From the NCBI RefSeq assembly GCF_000143415.4, contig NW_003314262.1, positions 925,460-989,459 on the forward strand: a stretch of DNA of 64,000 nt, in the 5' to 3' direction. The notes below the pieces were generated by a model. That model made no database searches. It saw only the letters and a program-made list of their open reading frames with translations, and had not been told where the DNA came from. Source of the DNA: Selaginella moellendorffii. Lineage: Eukaryota; Plantae; Lycopodiophyta. The position numbers and the translations under genes were made by a program. This document shows, in pieces, positions 38,110 through 51,325 of this stretch. Position 1 is the stretch's first letter. Every line of letters begins with the position of its first letter.

Positions 38110-41100
38110 TAGCGCATGTGGTTTTGACCCTTTATCTTATGGCGATTTACCATAGGATAACACTACGAAGCAGAACCTAAACCCTTCATGTGCCACATGA
38201 CTGATGCCACGTGTCACATGCCACGTGTCCAAAGGAATGTGGTGTAGAACCCGAGGTTCAGGGCCTTGGGCCATTGAATGAAGGAATGGTGCCAAACCCC
38301 CAAGCATGGAGCCAAGGAATGATGGAACTGGACCACGGAGCAACTCCCGAGCATACAGCCCAAGGAGCGAAGGGACAGGAGCCCGGAGCGACTTGGAACA
38401 GTCCTGGAGCAACTAGTCCTAATGCCAGGACTAGCACGCAAAATGGAGCCAAACGGAGTCTAGCGCTATTTCGACATACCAGTGGCCTAACGCGAGGACA
38501 TGGGTACTCCACCAGCTAGCATGGAATGGAACTTGGGCTTAGACCCAAGACAGACGCAGAACAAGGATAGGCACACAAGCAAGAGCTAGACTATGCCTCA
38601 AGTTAGTGGCAGTAAGGAAAGAGTGTCCGTAAGGACTAGTCGACAAGTAACTTTTGATACCCGAAGTCACATTTGCGACACTCTCCCCCCCTAGGGAAGA
38701 TCGATGTCCTCGTTGATGCATACTCGAGTCTAGAATATTGCCAAGGAAACAACTCCAGCAAAAGTTCATAGTATTCACACTATGTGAGAAATGCACCAAC
38801 TTAAATGAGTTAGGGGTAACCTCTTTGTCTAACGCGGATGTGCTACCAACTCAGACACCTTCTGGCCGTCACCGACAAGGAAATGACTAACGGAGTGAGC
38901 CACCCTTGCTTCTCTGGGTGTCACCCAGCTACAAAAGTGTGATATGCCCCTGCCCGCAAGGACATAGAGAGAGGAGCCAAAGGCCCCAACCCTCCTAAGC
39001 AAATAAACCAAACCCATCAGTAAGGTTTAAATAGACTATTGTAAATAGGCAGTTAGAGTTGTTTACACGGTCATGCCCTTTTAACAGAATAAGGATCATC
39101 AATAGAGAGGCAAGTTATGTGACTAATTGACAGTAGCTACCCCATGGCTAGAGATTTCACCATGCACACGAAGTGCTGAAGCCAGTCTGTCTATACTGGC
39201 CCAAACTCAAAGATCAATATATGGATTATATCAAAGTCATAGACAATGATATCTTAGAGATTTAATTATTAGTGAATAAAGCTTAGATTAGAACACAAAA
39301 GTATTCCAAGTAAGTTATCATCCGATAAACTAGTATTATAATTCAGGAACCACCAAGATCAGCATGGTTAGAAATCATAGGATACACTATCCCACAAAAT
39401 TCAATAGCACATATACCATTAAGTAAACTCAATGATAAAATTTAACTACCAAAGATTGTAGATAGTATGCCAAACAATATACAAAAGATAACTCAGAAAA
39501 CACAAAGTATCATTGACTGGCAAGCAAAATGCTCACGAATGTATCACTCAGAGGAAATAACATCCAATCTATCAAAACCAACTATGGTAATAATAACTAG
39601 AATAGAATGAATGCGGTAAAACCAACAAACACTCTGTTATGCCAATTATTGCAATAGCCAATTTGAATAGATCCTAGCCAATAATACTAAGGAACTAGAG
39701 TTTCTCAAGCACATCCTATTGATGTCTCAAACCCAAGAGACCAATCCAAGGCAAACCACAAAGAATATGTGGTATTGCAAAAAGCCATAAACTATCAAAG
39801 AAAATAATTAACCATCATGAAAGATCATCAATTATCCTATCAATGAAGAGATGCATAATCATTATCGAAGAAGGAATCCACCATCTTGAAGAATGGCAAA
39901 TCATTATATACCAACAATAATCAAGTAAAATCTTCGACAAGGATAATCAACTATCCTAGATGATAGTCAATCATTACCAATGATTGGTAGATGCAAAAGC
40001 CAACTTCAACATCGAAGCTAATGAGCCAAAATAGCTTCCTCAACAACTTCTAACAAATGGAACAATGAGTATGAAAACTCAAGGAACCAAAAGCTTAAAG
40101 AAGCTTATAGATAAGTCATACCTAGCAATGATCATGAGTCTCGCATGATCTAACTTCAAGGATAAAAAAGAAAATCATAGTACAACCCATAATATCCTCC
40201 TCAACACATCCATAAGCCAAACTTCATAATGCTAAAGCTAATGAAATGCATTTCTGCATTAATCCAAAAGCTAAGCACAATGGAGCTATGCCCAACAAGT
40301 GATATCAAATCGATCCTCCATGAATCCATCTATATCAAGACGTAACTCACTTCATAACAAACCCAAAAAGAATCATCAATAATTGATATATTCTAACTTA
40401 AATCCAATAAGGATTCAAATATTCCAATATCGATCACTAACTCCTCCTCTTGTAGAGTTAGCATAGTCCACGACTAAATCACTTTTCAAGGATAAGCTTA
40501 AAACTCAACCCATACTAAATAATCTCGTCTAGAACACAACTAACTCAAACTTACCACTTAATTTATTTGAACGTCAATACATTTGCTAACTAGCAAATGC
40601 ACGAATGCTAACAACACAAAGTTACAACCAAATCATCAACACTATCTCTATCAAGACTAATAAAACTCAATATCAATTTTTCGGAGAGATATCTCATTTC
40701 ACTCAAATCTCAACATCAACAATGTCAACGACAAAGCATCACTTCAATGCCATGAACACCATAACAAAGCTAGAAGAAAACTCAAGTGAATCACCACCCA
40801 AAACTCTCTAGCAACTAAGCTAACCAAAGTCAAGGATACTTTACTTAGTATTCAAGACTAATCCTTCAATAATACTTAGCTATAGATAACACTTCATCGA
40901 GGAGTGATTCACCACGTCCATGACTCAATGAAATCTAACACTATGAACTAAACGCAACCAAATGATATTGATAGAGGCAGAGTCTATATGTCAACATGGA
41001 AAACCATGTAAGTCTAATGACACAATCCTCCACAACACCATTCGGTAGAGCAAGCATATCACTGCTAAATCATCATCAAATGAAGCAAGTGTCACAGTCT

Positions 41101-42277
41101 TTGACAAAATCTACAAGCAATCACTAGTTGCAAAGCAACCAACAATCACTTTCCAACTTGCCTTTCACAAGACCCAAACACTAAACTCACGTCATCAAGT
41201 TATATACTTGTCCAACATGAACGTAATACCCCAGATACAAGATAAAGGTTCATGGACAAGTATGAACTAAATGACCACTCGAATCCAACTCAACTGTAAT
41301 AAGCTCACTAATGCATTTAGCCACTAGCTCTGAGCATGCCTTGAAGAGGCTAGCCATGCATAATCAACACTCAGTTGAAACTAAAGTGAAGACCACGAGA
41401 TGGACTCATATCGGTACACAACTTCCTCATAGTTAAAGCTATAGTATAGGTACTAACATCTCAACCTCAAACAACTAAGTTGGACATCACCATCCTCAGC
41501 TAAGGCGTAGGGCCACCAAGACCAAGTCAAGATCAGTGAGAGCTCACTACTCTCATAGAGTTTAACGAAGTGCAAGGTGCAACCTGCCACCAAACTCAAT
41601 GCTATAAAAGAAAGGCACAAAGGTCACCCTTTTTAAGAAAAACATTATGGCCACTTTTCTACATTAACTCCAGACTCTATCCAACTCAATTGCCTTAGCC
41701 CCAAAAGCTAACATCCCTTTCATGCCGCATCATACAAACTACCTACTAAGGTCTAAGCTAACTGAAGCCAACTCCAACCCCTTCACTAGTTTGTATTGGC
41801 TTTACAAAAATGGAATGGTTTTCAGGCAAAGTGATCAGCAGATCAGCCATCATCATCTCTACATTTCATAGATATGCCAAATGAGCAAATCTAAACACTT
41901 TCCATAAGGACCGAAATGAGACTAACACAAAGGGCATGATAGCTAGGGTGTTTGGCAGACATGGTAAGCTATCATTTAGTGAATATTGAGGGACCAAGCT
42001 CAATATCACAGGGGTTCTTGATACTAACAAGTGTAAGCCAATGACTCAAGTTTCTCAAACCAGACCGAGTATGCTCAGCAAGAAACACATAGGGTTCCTA
42101 CCTTATGTTTATCCAATCTAAATGCATGGTCATTAACCAGTTTCTCAACTAGCTCAAGTGGGAAACTGATAATGGGTCTAGCAATACCGACCTCCTGCCA
42201 TTGTGGCAGTAAGGAAAGAGTGTCCGTAAGGACTAGCCGACAGATAACTTTCGATACCTGAAGTCACATTCGCAATA
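38110..42277 (-). mobile_element. Family-C LARD-like element nested in B2 pol
   Basis: Internally deleted LTRs at 38110-38680 and ~41850-42277, with a PPT reverse complement ctctcccccc at 38681. The TSD is ATAAT/GTAAT (38105-38109 / 42278-42282), and host pol is continuous across the insertion. Confidence 0.85.
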
Positions 42278-43254
42278 GTAATCCCATGCTCCACACCTCG
42301 TAATAAAGGCAACCCATGAGGAAGTTCAAATGGAAAAACATCAGAAAACTCGTTAAGTGTATCCTATACTATTGCTTCTTCCCCATACATGCCTTAGTCC
42401 CCTAAGTCATGAATAAATAACAAGTAACTCAAAAGTTCTTTTCCATTATGACAAGCCCACTTCAAAGATGTAGTGGAGAGCATAACAACTAAAGGTTGAA
42501 CTCCCTCTCCAAACTACACATCTTTAATGCCACTATATTTTAGCAAAACACACTTAATACTTTATTTTATCTCCAAATCCACTTTCACCAACCATGGCAT
42601 CCCAAGAATAAAATCCATACAATAGATATTTACAAAATAAAAAGTTTCCATAAGTATGGTTTTGCCAACCAACAGTTCTAACCCCTTTACACAAGCATCA
42701 AATTGCTGAGTAAAGGTAGTTGCACTTTCCACCGTGTATGGAAGAACTCCTTGTGTGACTAGGCCATGCTCCACAACAAACTTTGCTGAAACAAAATTGT
42801 CATCACTCCCACTATTCAGTAAACTCTACACTAGACCGCCATGGAACACACCCTCTAATATTAAAGCTAATTCACAAGTGTCCTCAAGTTTCATTTTATT
42901 CCACATACAGTTGAGTTAACGAGCAATGATTGAAAACCTCTTCCTTTGACTAGAATGGTCATCCCCATCATCCTCACACTATAAAGTTTGCAAGTCACTA
43001 GGAAAGGTTGATTTGCACGAGAACTGACCTCACCTTACCTCTCCAACTTTTTAGTATCTAAGTTACCGTCAATAGAAGATTGGCTATTCCTTTTGCCCTA
43101 TTGCTTGTTCTTCAAATTTGGACAATCAACCTTGTAGTGTCTGAGCTCGCCGCAATGATGACAACCATGTCTATAATTCTTTATAAAGAAATTTTGCTGC
43201 TTTGACCCCTTTGCATCAAAAGTAGTCACCACAGATTTCAACTTGGGATGCTTG

Positions 43255-44457
43255 TGTAAGCCACAAATTTTTCCTTTCCAATTTGCCAGCTTATCTCGTC
43301 TATCCGACCAACACTGCCTTGGCTTGTGCTAAGTTCCCTCGCCAAAGTTCTCACCTATTGCACCAGCTCCTACTTGGTTCTACTTGGTTTCAGCTACTCA
43401 CTGCATAAGCAACGGAGAGTTAGCCTTCCATCCACAGATTCCCAAATCTCTCCCAATCCCCCTCCCCGGGTTAGACTGGACTTAAGGTTCGGCTACACTC
43501 CTCGCAGGCACAAGCAGCCAAGCACACCAAGCCTCTAGGTTCCTAACACCCCTTGGTACAACAAGGCTTGATCATAGGACCCTCTAAATCCCAAGCCTTG
43601 GGTGCAACACTTGCTTCGGGACATCAGGGCGAAACACCGTGGCCTAACGGCCCGGTATGGGTACCTCTACCCCCCCACTTCCATCCCGAAGGGAAGGCCC
43701 AAGCCCCTAAGAAGGGCGAGGACCAATGAGCCACAAGGTACGCAAGTGGGGCACCACTCCACATGAGCCGGGAGCACCGCAGTCGGTTTCCCTTTCGGGA
43801 GTGGGAGCTGCTCTTGAGCACTTCCCTAGGTGGCCCCTCCAGCACCACCCAAGCCCATGCTCACTCCCACCCAAGGCCCCTCGGCCCCAGTCTCAACCTC
43901 AAGTCAGTTTGGAAGCACCACTGGAGTCCTTCAAGACTGGTTCCTGGACCTCACTATCCCTACTATACTTTTGGAACCCCCTGCAGCCCCCCCCCCCCCC
44001 CCCTTGGGAGACACACGCTTTGGGCTTTCACCCCTTGACCCGTATTAGTATTTGGACTTAGTCTCAGATTCAATCTCGAACTTGATCTCGGACCCGACTT
44101 TGGATTCGGTCTCGGACTCGATCTCGGACTCGATCTCAGACCCGATCTCGGACTCGACTTCAGACTCGACCTCGGACTCGGTCTCGGACCTGATTTGGAT
44201 CTCGGACTCCGTCTTGAACTCGGTCTCGGACCTGATTTGGATCTCGGACTCCGTCTTGAACTCGGTCTCAAACTCGGTCTCGATCTCGGTCTCCGATTCG
44301 GCCTCGGCTCGATCCCGGACTCTATCTCGAACTCGGTCTCAGAGTCGGTCTTGGACTTGATCTTCGACTCGGTCCCATCCGATGAACTCTTTGTCATTTT
44401 GGTCAAGCTTTCGGGGATCCTTTAGCCTACGACATCTCGGGGAGTCGGTTCCTTATA
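43255..44457 (-). mobile_element. Solo LTR of family D
   Basis: Reverse complement of 60285-61444, with a perfect GCTTG TSD (43250-43254 / 44458-44462). Confidence 0.93.
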
Positions 44458-44617
44458 GCTTGTTCCCATCTTTGTGTCCACGGCAATCATTACAGCAATT
44501 CTTGAGAAAAGGACTTTACAAATGCTTACAAGACTTTTGCTTGTCATTCTCAAGTCAATGAGCCACATCAAAGAGCTCCTCCAAACTCTTTGTAAGCTGA
44601 GAATGACACAAGTGTTG

Positions 44618-46365
44618 TGTAAGCGACTAATTTTTCCATTCTAGTTTAGTCACTTAACCCCACCTCCAACCACTTGGAGGAGTCTCATTCACAACCTCCA
44701 TAAGCCCAACTCAGGACTTGGGGCTTGCTAGCCCCGAGAATGGCATCCATGCCACTCAACCTTAGCACTTGGTCCAAGTGCTCCACGTGTCCGATCCCAT
44801 GATCGACACCCCAAGGTACCATCGACATATCGGCCCGTTACGCTAAGGCCATGCCCATTTACCTTGGTCACACTGGTGGTCCAACACCACCTACATTCCA
44901 ATCCCGTCTCTCAAAGACTGGGTCATCCATCCATGAGTGGTCATCCCAGATCCACTCCTTAACATCCTTAGGATGCCTACAGACATGGGGAATAGCCTTC
45001 CCCAATACCTCTGTTCCGGTCCCCACCAAGTCCCTTTCTGTCCTTGGCTGTGTTCGCCAACACTGCCACTGGATCGAGGCCCACCGGCCCGACCACTAAG
45101 TCCCACTATCCTCTAGGACTTCCTCACTGTGTGACCGTGTCCTTGGTCACCACACCGGAGGGCTACCCCTCTTCTTTTCCACAGTCTGGGACTTTGGGAC
45201 AACATTTCGAAACACCGTGGCCTTACGCGAGCCACCTGGGTACTCTCCCCGCCTTCCGCCTTTAGGTGCTCTAGCCATGGGCTTAGAGCGAGGTTCCGTT
45301 GAGCCACGACAGGTATCCAAGTAGGTAGTGCCACCCACACTTGGACTGGGAGCATCGGCCAGTCGATCTCCCGGGGGAACTAGAGCCGGCTCTTGAACAC
45401 TTCACCAAGCTACCCCGCTTGTCGGTCCGTGTTCACTCTAGTCTTGGATTTCCCAGTGGGCAGCTCATCACCCAACACTGGGTCCGGCCTTCCTGGGCCA
45501 AACTGGCCTTTCCTGGCCAAACTAGCTCCACTGCAGTCCTCCCCCCCCACCATACTTTTGGAGCTCACCAAACCCCCCAGGGTCTGGGAGACGAACGCTT
45601 TGGGCTTTCACCCTCTCAGGCTCCAGACTCGGACTCGGACTCGGACTCAGACTCGGACTCGGATTCGGACTCGGACTTGGGCTCGGGCTCGGTCTCGGCC
45701 TCGGCCTCGGTCTCGGTCTCGGTCCCGATCTCAGTCTTGGTCTCGGTCTCGGTCTCGGTCCCGGTCTCGGTCTCGACTTCGGACTCCATCTCGGACTCCA
45801 TCTCGGACTCCATCTCGGACTCCATCTCGGGTCCATCTCGGGTCCATCTCGGACTCCATCTCGGACTCCATCTCGGGTCCATCTCGGACTCCATCTCGGA
45901 CTCCATTTCGGGTCCATCTCGGGTCCACCTCGGACTCCATCTCGGACTCCATCTCGGACTCCGTCTCGGGTCCATCTCGGACTCCACTTCGGACTCCAAC
46001 TCGGGTCCACCTCGGACTCCACTTCGGACTCCATCTCGGACTCCATCTCGGGTCCATCTCGGACTCCACTTCGGACTCCAACTCGGGTCCATCTCGGACT
46101 CCACTTCGGACTCCAACTCGAGTCCATCTCGGACACTCCCATGTGTCATGTGTTGGTCCTTTTGGGTCCCTTTTTGGAGCCTCGCCTTTTGCTCGCTTCG
46201 TGCTCGTTCCTCGAGCACTTCGTTGGGAGTTCCACTCCCGCTCTTGACTTTTCAAGTCGGAGCTTTTGGTCCAAACGTGTTACGCTCGTTTGGCTCTCGC
46301 TTCGGCCACTACCATGTGGCGCCCTTCCGGCTCCACTTTGGGGACTAGGGATTTTGTGTCTCACA
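44618..46365 (-). mobile_element. Solo LTR of family A
   Basis: Runs TGTAAG...CTCACA with a perfect TGTTG TSD (44613-44617 / 46366-46370). Confidence 0.93.
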
Positions 46366-47221
46366 TGTTGTAGCATGCTTTCACTATGGAGGCTATCAAT
46401 GAAGTAGAACTTGTTCTAATCTGGATCCTTCATTGAAACACGATTAATCATACGAGTAAGCTTCTTAATATAGTCCCCGAGCATCATTTTCCCTTGTTGA
46501 AAATGTCAAAGTTCTATATGAGCATTTTTCACATCGTAGTGAGGGGCAAAACATAAATGAAAAGTAGCCTCAAGCTCATCCATAGTAGACACTAATGGTT
46601 CCTTATCCATAACACAAAACTCCTCAAGCCAATTCCACCACTAAAGACCCACATCACGCAAAACCATTGGAATAGCCACTAAAGCATCTGTTGTAAGCAA
46701 TTAATTTTTCCATTCTACTTTAGTCACTTAACAACACCTCTGACCACTTGGAGGAGTTTCATTCACAACCTCTATAAGCCCAATTCAGGACTTGGGGCTT
46801 GTTAGCCCTGAGAATAGCATCCATACCACTCAACCTTTACACTCAGTCCAAGTGCTCCACGTGTCTGATCCCATGACTAACACCCCAAAGTGCCATCGAT
46901 ATATAATATGGTTCAATATCACTTGCACCAGAGTCCCGTATCTTAAAGATTGGGCCATCTGTCCATGAGTGATCATCCTAGATCCACTCTTTAGCATCCT
47001 TAGGATGCTTGCAAATAGAGGGAACAATCTTCCCCAACATCCCTTTTATAATCCCCAACAAGTCCCTTTTTTATCCATGGCTGTGTTCGCCAACACTGCC
47101 CCTAGGACAAGGCCCATAGGCCCAACCACTAAGTCCCACTATCCTCTAGGACTTCTTCACCACATGACCACATCCTTGGTCACTATGCCAAAGGATTGTT
47201 CCTCTTCCTTTCCACCATCTA

Positions 47222-50200
47222 TGTTAGGCACCAGCTTTGACTACATGGTCAACGTCGGTCAAAAGGAGGCTCAAGGGTATATTAAGGTATGTTAGGGTAT
47301 TGGATTGAACCTACCCTAGGGCTCACAGTGGAGCTTTTGAGGTAGCTCGGGGGTGGTTGGGTGGTGAGGAACCTCAAGAGGTGGTGTAGCATAGTCTAGG
47401 GCAATTAGATCTCTATCTTTTTGTGCCGGATCATAACATTGGTATTATAGAATTATAGACAGGGTTGTCATCATTACAGCGAACTTGGACACTACAAGGC
47501 TAATTGTCTGTAGTTGAAGAACAAGCAGCAGGACAAGAAGAATGGCCAATCTTCTTCTCACGATAAGTTAGATACTAAAAAGTTGCAAACTTTGCAGCAT
47601 GAGGATGCAGAGAACAACCATTCTAGTCAGAGGAAGTGACTTTCGATCGTTGCTCATCAGCTCAACTGTGTGTGGAACAAGATGGAGCTCGAGGATACAC
47701 ATGAATCAGCTTTAATGCTGGAGGGCGTGTTCTGTGGCGATCCAGTGCGGATTTTACTGGATAGTGGGAGCGATGAAAACTTTGTTTCGGCAAAGTTTGT
47801 TGCGGAGCATGGCCTGGTCACACACGGAGTTCTTCCATACACAGTGGAAGGTGCAGCTACCTCTACTCAGCATTTTGATGCTTGTGGCGAGGGGCTGGAA
47901 GTGTTGGTTGGCAAAACCACACTTGTGGAGACTTTTTATCTCGCGGATATCCATCGTGTGGATCTCATTCTCGGGATGCCATGGTTGGTGAAGGTGGATC
48001 CAGAGATAAAGTGGAGTATTAAGCATATCTCGCTGGAGTATGGTGGTGTTAAAGATGTGTGGTTTGGCGAGGGCGTTCAACCACCAGTTGTTATGCTCTC
48101 TGCTACATCTTTGAAGCGGGCTTGTCGTAATGGAAAAGTACTTTCGAGTTACTTGCTGTTTGTTCGTGACTTGGGGGACCAAGGCACGTGTGTGGGAGAA
48201 GCAATAGTATGGGAAGTACTAGACTAGTTTTCTAATGTTTTTCCACATGAACTTCCTCATGGGTTGCCTCCATTACGAGGTGTGGAGCATGGGATTACAT
48301 TGGAGCCGGGGACGCGGCCAATTTACCGGCGTCCATTTCGGTTAAGTTATGCAGAGGAGCAAGAAGTTCAATGACAAGTCAAGGAGTTACTTGAGTTTGG
48401 ATTTATTCAGCCAAGTAAGTCTCCATTTGGTGCTCTGGTCTTGCTTGTGAAGAAGAAAGATGGTTCAATGCGGATGTGTATTGACTACCGCGCTTTAAAC
48501 AAGAAGACAGTGAAGGATAAAATGCCGATGCCACGTGTGGATGATATCCTAGACAAGCTTGGTGAAGCACGAGTGTTTACCAAGATTGATCTAAGGAGTG
48601 GATATCATCAGATTGCAATGGATGATGCATCTATCTCCAAGATAGCATTCAACAAAAGCTTCGGACATTTTGAGTTTACAGTTATGCCGTTTGGTTTGAC
48701 GAATGCACCGGCCACATTTACTCGGTTGATGACGGAGGTATTTGGGCGTTATCTTCATGAGTTTGTGGAGATTTTCTTGGACAATATTCTTGTGTTTATC
48801 AAGAATATGGAGGAGCATAGGATGCATTTGCGCAAGGTTCTTTTGTTACTTCGAGACAGAAAACTTTATGAGAAGAAGAGCAAATGTGAATTTGCAAAGT
48901 CAGAGGTGAAATATCTAGGCCATATTGTGACATCTAAGGGTGTCAAGACGGATCCAAGGAAGGTGGCTGTGGTGGAAAACTGGCCTACACTGACTATAGT
49001 GGCCGAGTTGCGCAGTTTTCTTGGTATGGCTAGTTACTACTGACGTTTCCAGCATAAGTTTGCAGAGGTGGCTATTCCTTTGATGCGGTTGTTACGCAAG
49101 AATGTGCCATTCGAGTGGAAGAAGCCACAAGAGGAGAGTTTTGTGGCACTGAAACGATTGTTGAGCGAGACTCCAGTGCTTCGCATTGCTGATCCATCGA
49201 AACCTTACGAGGTGACATGCGATGCGAGTGGTTATGCACTAGGAGGCGTTCTCATGCAAGAGGGACAGCCTATTGCATATGAGAGTCGAACTTTGAATTC
49301 CGCGGGGCAACGCTATTCCACATATGAGCAAGAGTTACTCTCTATTGTTCATGCTTTGCAGACATGGTGGCACTATCTTTATGGTGCAGTGTTCGTGGTG
49401 TTGACAGATCACAAACCACTTGTGTATCTTTTCACATAGAAGGATTTGAACACTAAACAAGCTCATTGGATGGTCAAACTCATGAAGTTTAGGGAGTTTT
49501 CTATTGAGCATCGTTCAGCAAAATCAAATGTGGTGGCAGATGCTTTATCTCGTGTTTATCATGTGATGATGTTACAAACACGATTTTGTCATCATTTCAA
49601 TAAGGTGGTCAACGAGTTTGGGCAGTTGGTTGAGCATGCTCAGGCTTAGGATGCTGAGGTGGCCTCTTTGCGAGACCAGATGGAAGCTCCTTTCTCATTG
49701 GTGGATGGGATTCTCTACTACAATGGCCGTGTATATTTGCCATGGGTGGATGCGTTAATTACTCAAGTTTTATTCTACTATCATGATCGTCTAGAGGCCG
49801 GTCATTTTGGGGGGAAGAAGACGTATGAGTTGATTAAGTGCAACTTTTATTGGAGGAATATAAAGGTTGATATCCTCAAGTATTGTAAATCATGCGAGCT
49901 TTGTCAGCGGGTTAAAGTGCCACTGGAGAAGCCGGGGGGACTTTTGCAACCTTTACCTATTCGTCAAAGCCGTTGGTGTAGTATCTCTATCGACTTCATC
50001 ACTTATTTGCCACAAACACAGAGGCAAAAGGAGCAAGTATGGGTCATAGTGGATCAGTTGACAAAGTATGTGCTGTTGTTGGCTCTTCGAAAGACTGTCA
50101 CTGCCTCAAACTTGGCTACGGTTTACTTGGAGAAGGTTTTTCCTGATTTTGGTTTGCTGGAGGATATCATTAGTGATTGAGATTCAAAGTTCACTAGTGG

Positions 50201-51225
50201 ATTTTGGAAAAGCTTTGCAAAGGCTATGCAAGTGACTTTGAAACTCTCGAGTGGAGATCATCCTTAGACGGATGGGAAAATCGAGTGTGTGAATCATTTG
50301 GTGGAGGATATGCTATGTTGTAGCATTGGTCAAAGGCAAGGACAGTGGGATTTATATCTTTCGTTGGTGCAATTTGCTTACAACAATAACAAACACAGTG
50401 GAACCAAGCTAAGTCCTTACTTTGCCATGTTTGGAAGGCATTCTTGAATAGCAGTGGAGTTGGGATTGCATTTGAGTAAGGATGTTCAAGATAAGCTTGA
50501 TTCCAAGGCAACTGATCTGGCCACAAAACTTGATGAGATTCTGGTGGTGTGCAAACAAAATTTGCAAGCAGCTCAGGATAGAGCGGAGAAGTTTGCCAAT
50601 GAGCATTGCAAATTCTAGGAATATAAGGTGGGTGATCTCGTCTTTGTGCGTATAATCTTTTCGTCAAGTGAGCGGCAGAACACCTTGGTGCCTTTATAGA
50701 CAGGGAAGAGTGATAAACTTTCCTATCGATATGCTGGTCCATATGAAGTGCTGGAGCGCATTGGTATAGCAGCTTATAGGGTGCGGCTGCCAGCTAGATT
50801 GAAAATTCATCCGATATTTTATGTCAGCCAGTTCAAAGTTGTACTATCTCGGAGTGACGGGCCCAAAGCCTCCTTGATGTAAACGGCTGTGGAAGATGGA
50901 CCAGGAGCTTGAGCAGAGTTCCCTAGAAAGGGTGATCACCGGTACAACTCGTCCTTGGGACAAGGACTTTGTTGGGGGGGAAGAATTGTTAGGCACCAGC
51001 TTTGACTACATGGTCAACGTCGGTTAAAGGGAGGCTCAAGGGTATATTAAGGCATGGTATTGGACTAAACCTACCCTAGGGCTCACAGTGGAGCGGCGGC
51101 GCAGTGGAGCTTTTGAGGTAGCTCGGGGGTGGTTGGGTGGTGAGGAACCTCAAGAGGTGGCGTAGTATAGTCTTGGGCAACTAGATCTTTGTTTTTTTGC
51201 GCCGGATCATAACATTGGTATCAGA
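47222..51225 (+). mobile_element. Family-B gypsy (B3): gag mostly deleted, pol pseudogene
   Basis: LTRs are 47222-47438 and 50987-51214, with PPT gggggggaagaat before the 3' LTR. It carries protease LLDSGSDENF, RT ([24 protein letters not shown]), RNaseH (TCDASG) and integrase (HFG..C..C, SIDFI), with several stops. A second PBS lies at 51216-51225. Confidence 0.92.
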
Positions 51226-51325
51226 NNNNNNNNNNNNNNNNNNNNNNNNNNNNNNNNNNNNNNNNNNNNNNNNNNNNNNNNNNNNNNNNNNNNNNNNNNN
51301 NNNNNNNNNNNNNNNNNNNNNNNNN
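51226..51325. other. Assembly gap (100 N)
   Basis: Run of N. Confidence 1.

Larger units (their letters stand above)
35379..46691 (-). mobile_element. Decayed family-B gypsy (B2), host of the right-hand nest; its 5' part is presumably beyond the window
   Basis: The 3' LTR is 35379-35601. IN, RNaseH and RT run 35602-38109, protease and CCHC 42278-43254, and gag pieces 44458-44617 and 46366-46691. These are colinear in reverse with B3 (47440-50980) or, for gag, with B1. Confidence 0.88.

Noticed and set aside
45341-46348. Long DS/RS/LG/SP-repeat ORFs on both strands (also at 22.7, 44, 54, 59 and 60.4 kb)
   Set aside because: They arise from stop-free LTR minisatellites, and the reading frame through the middle differs between copies.
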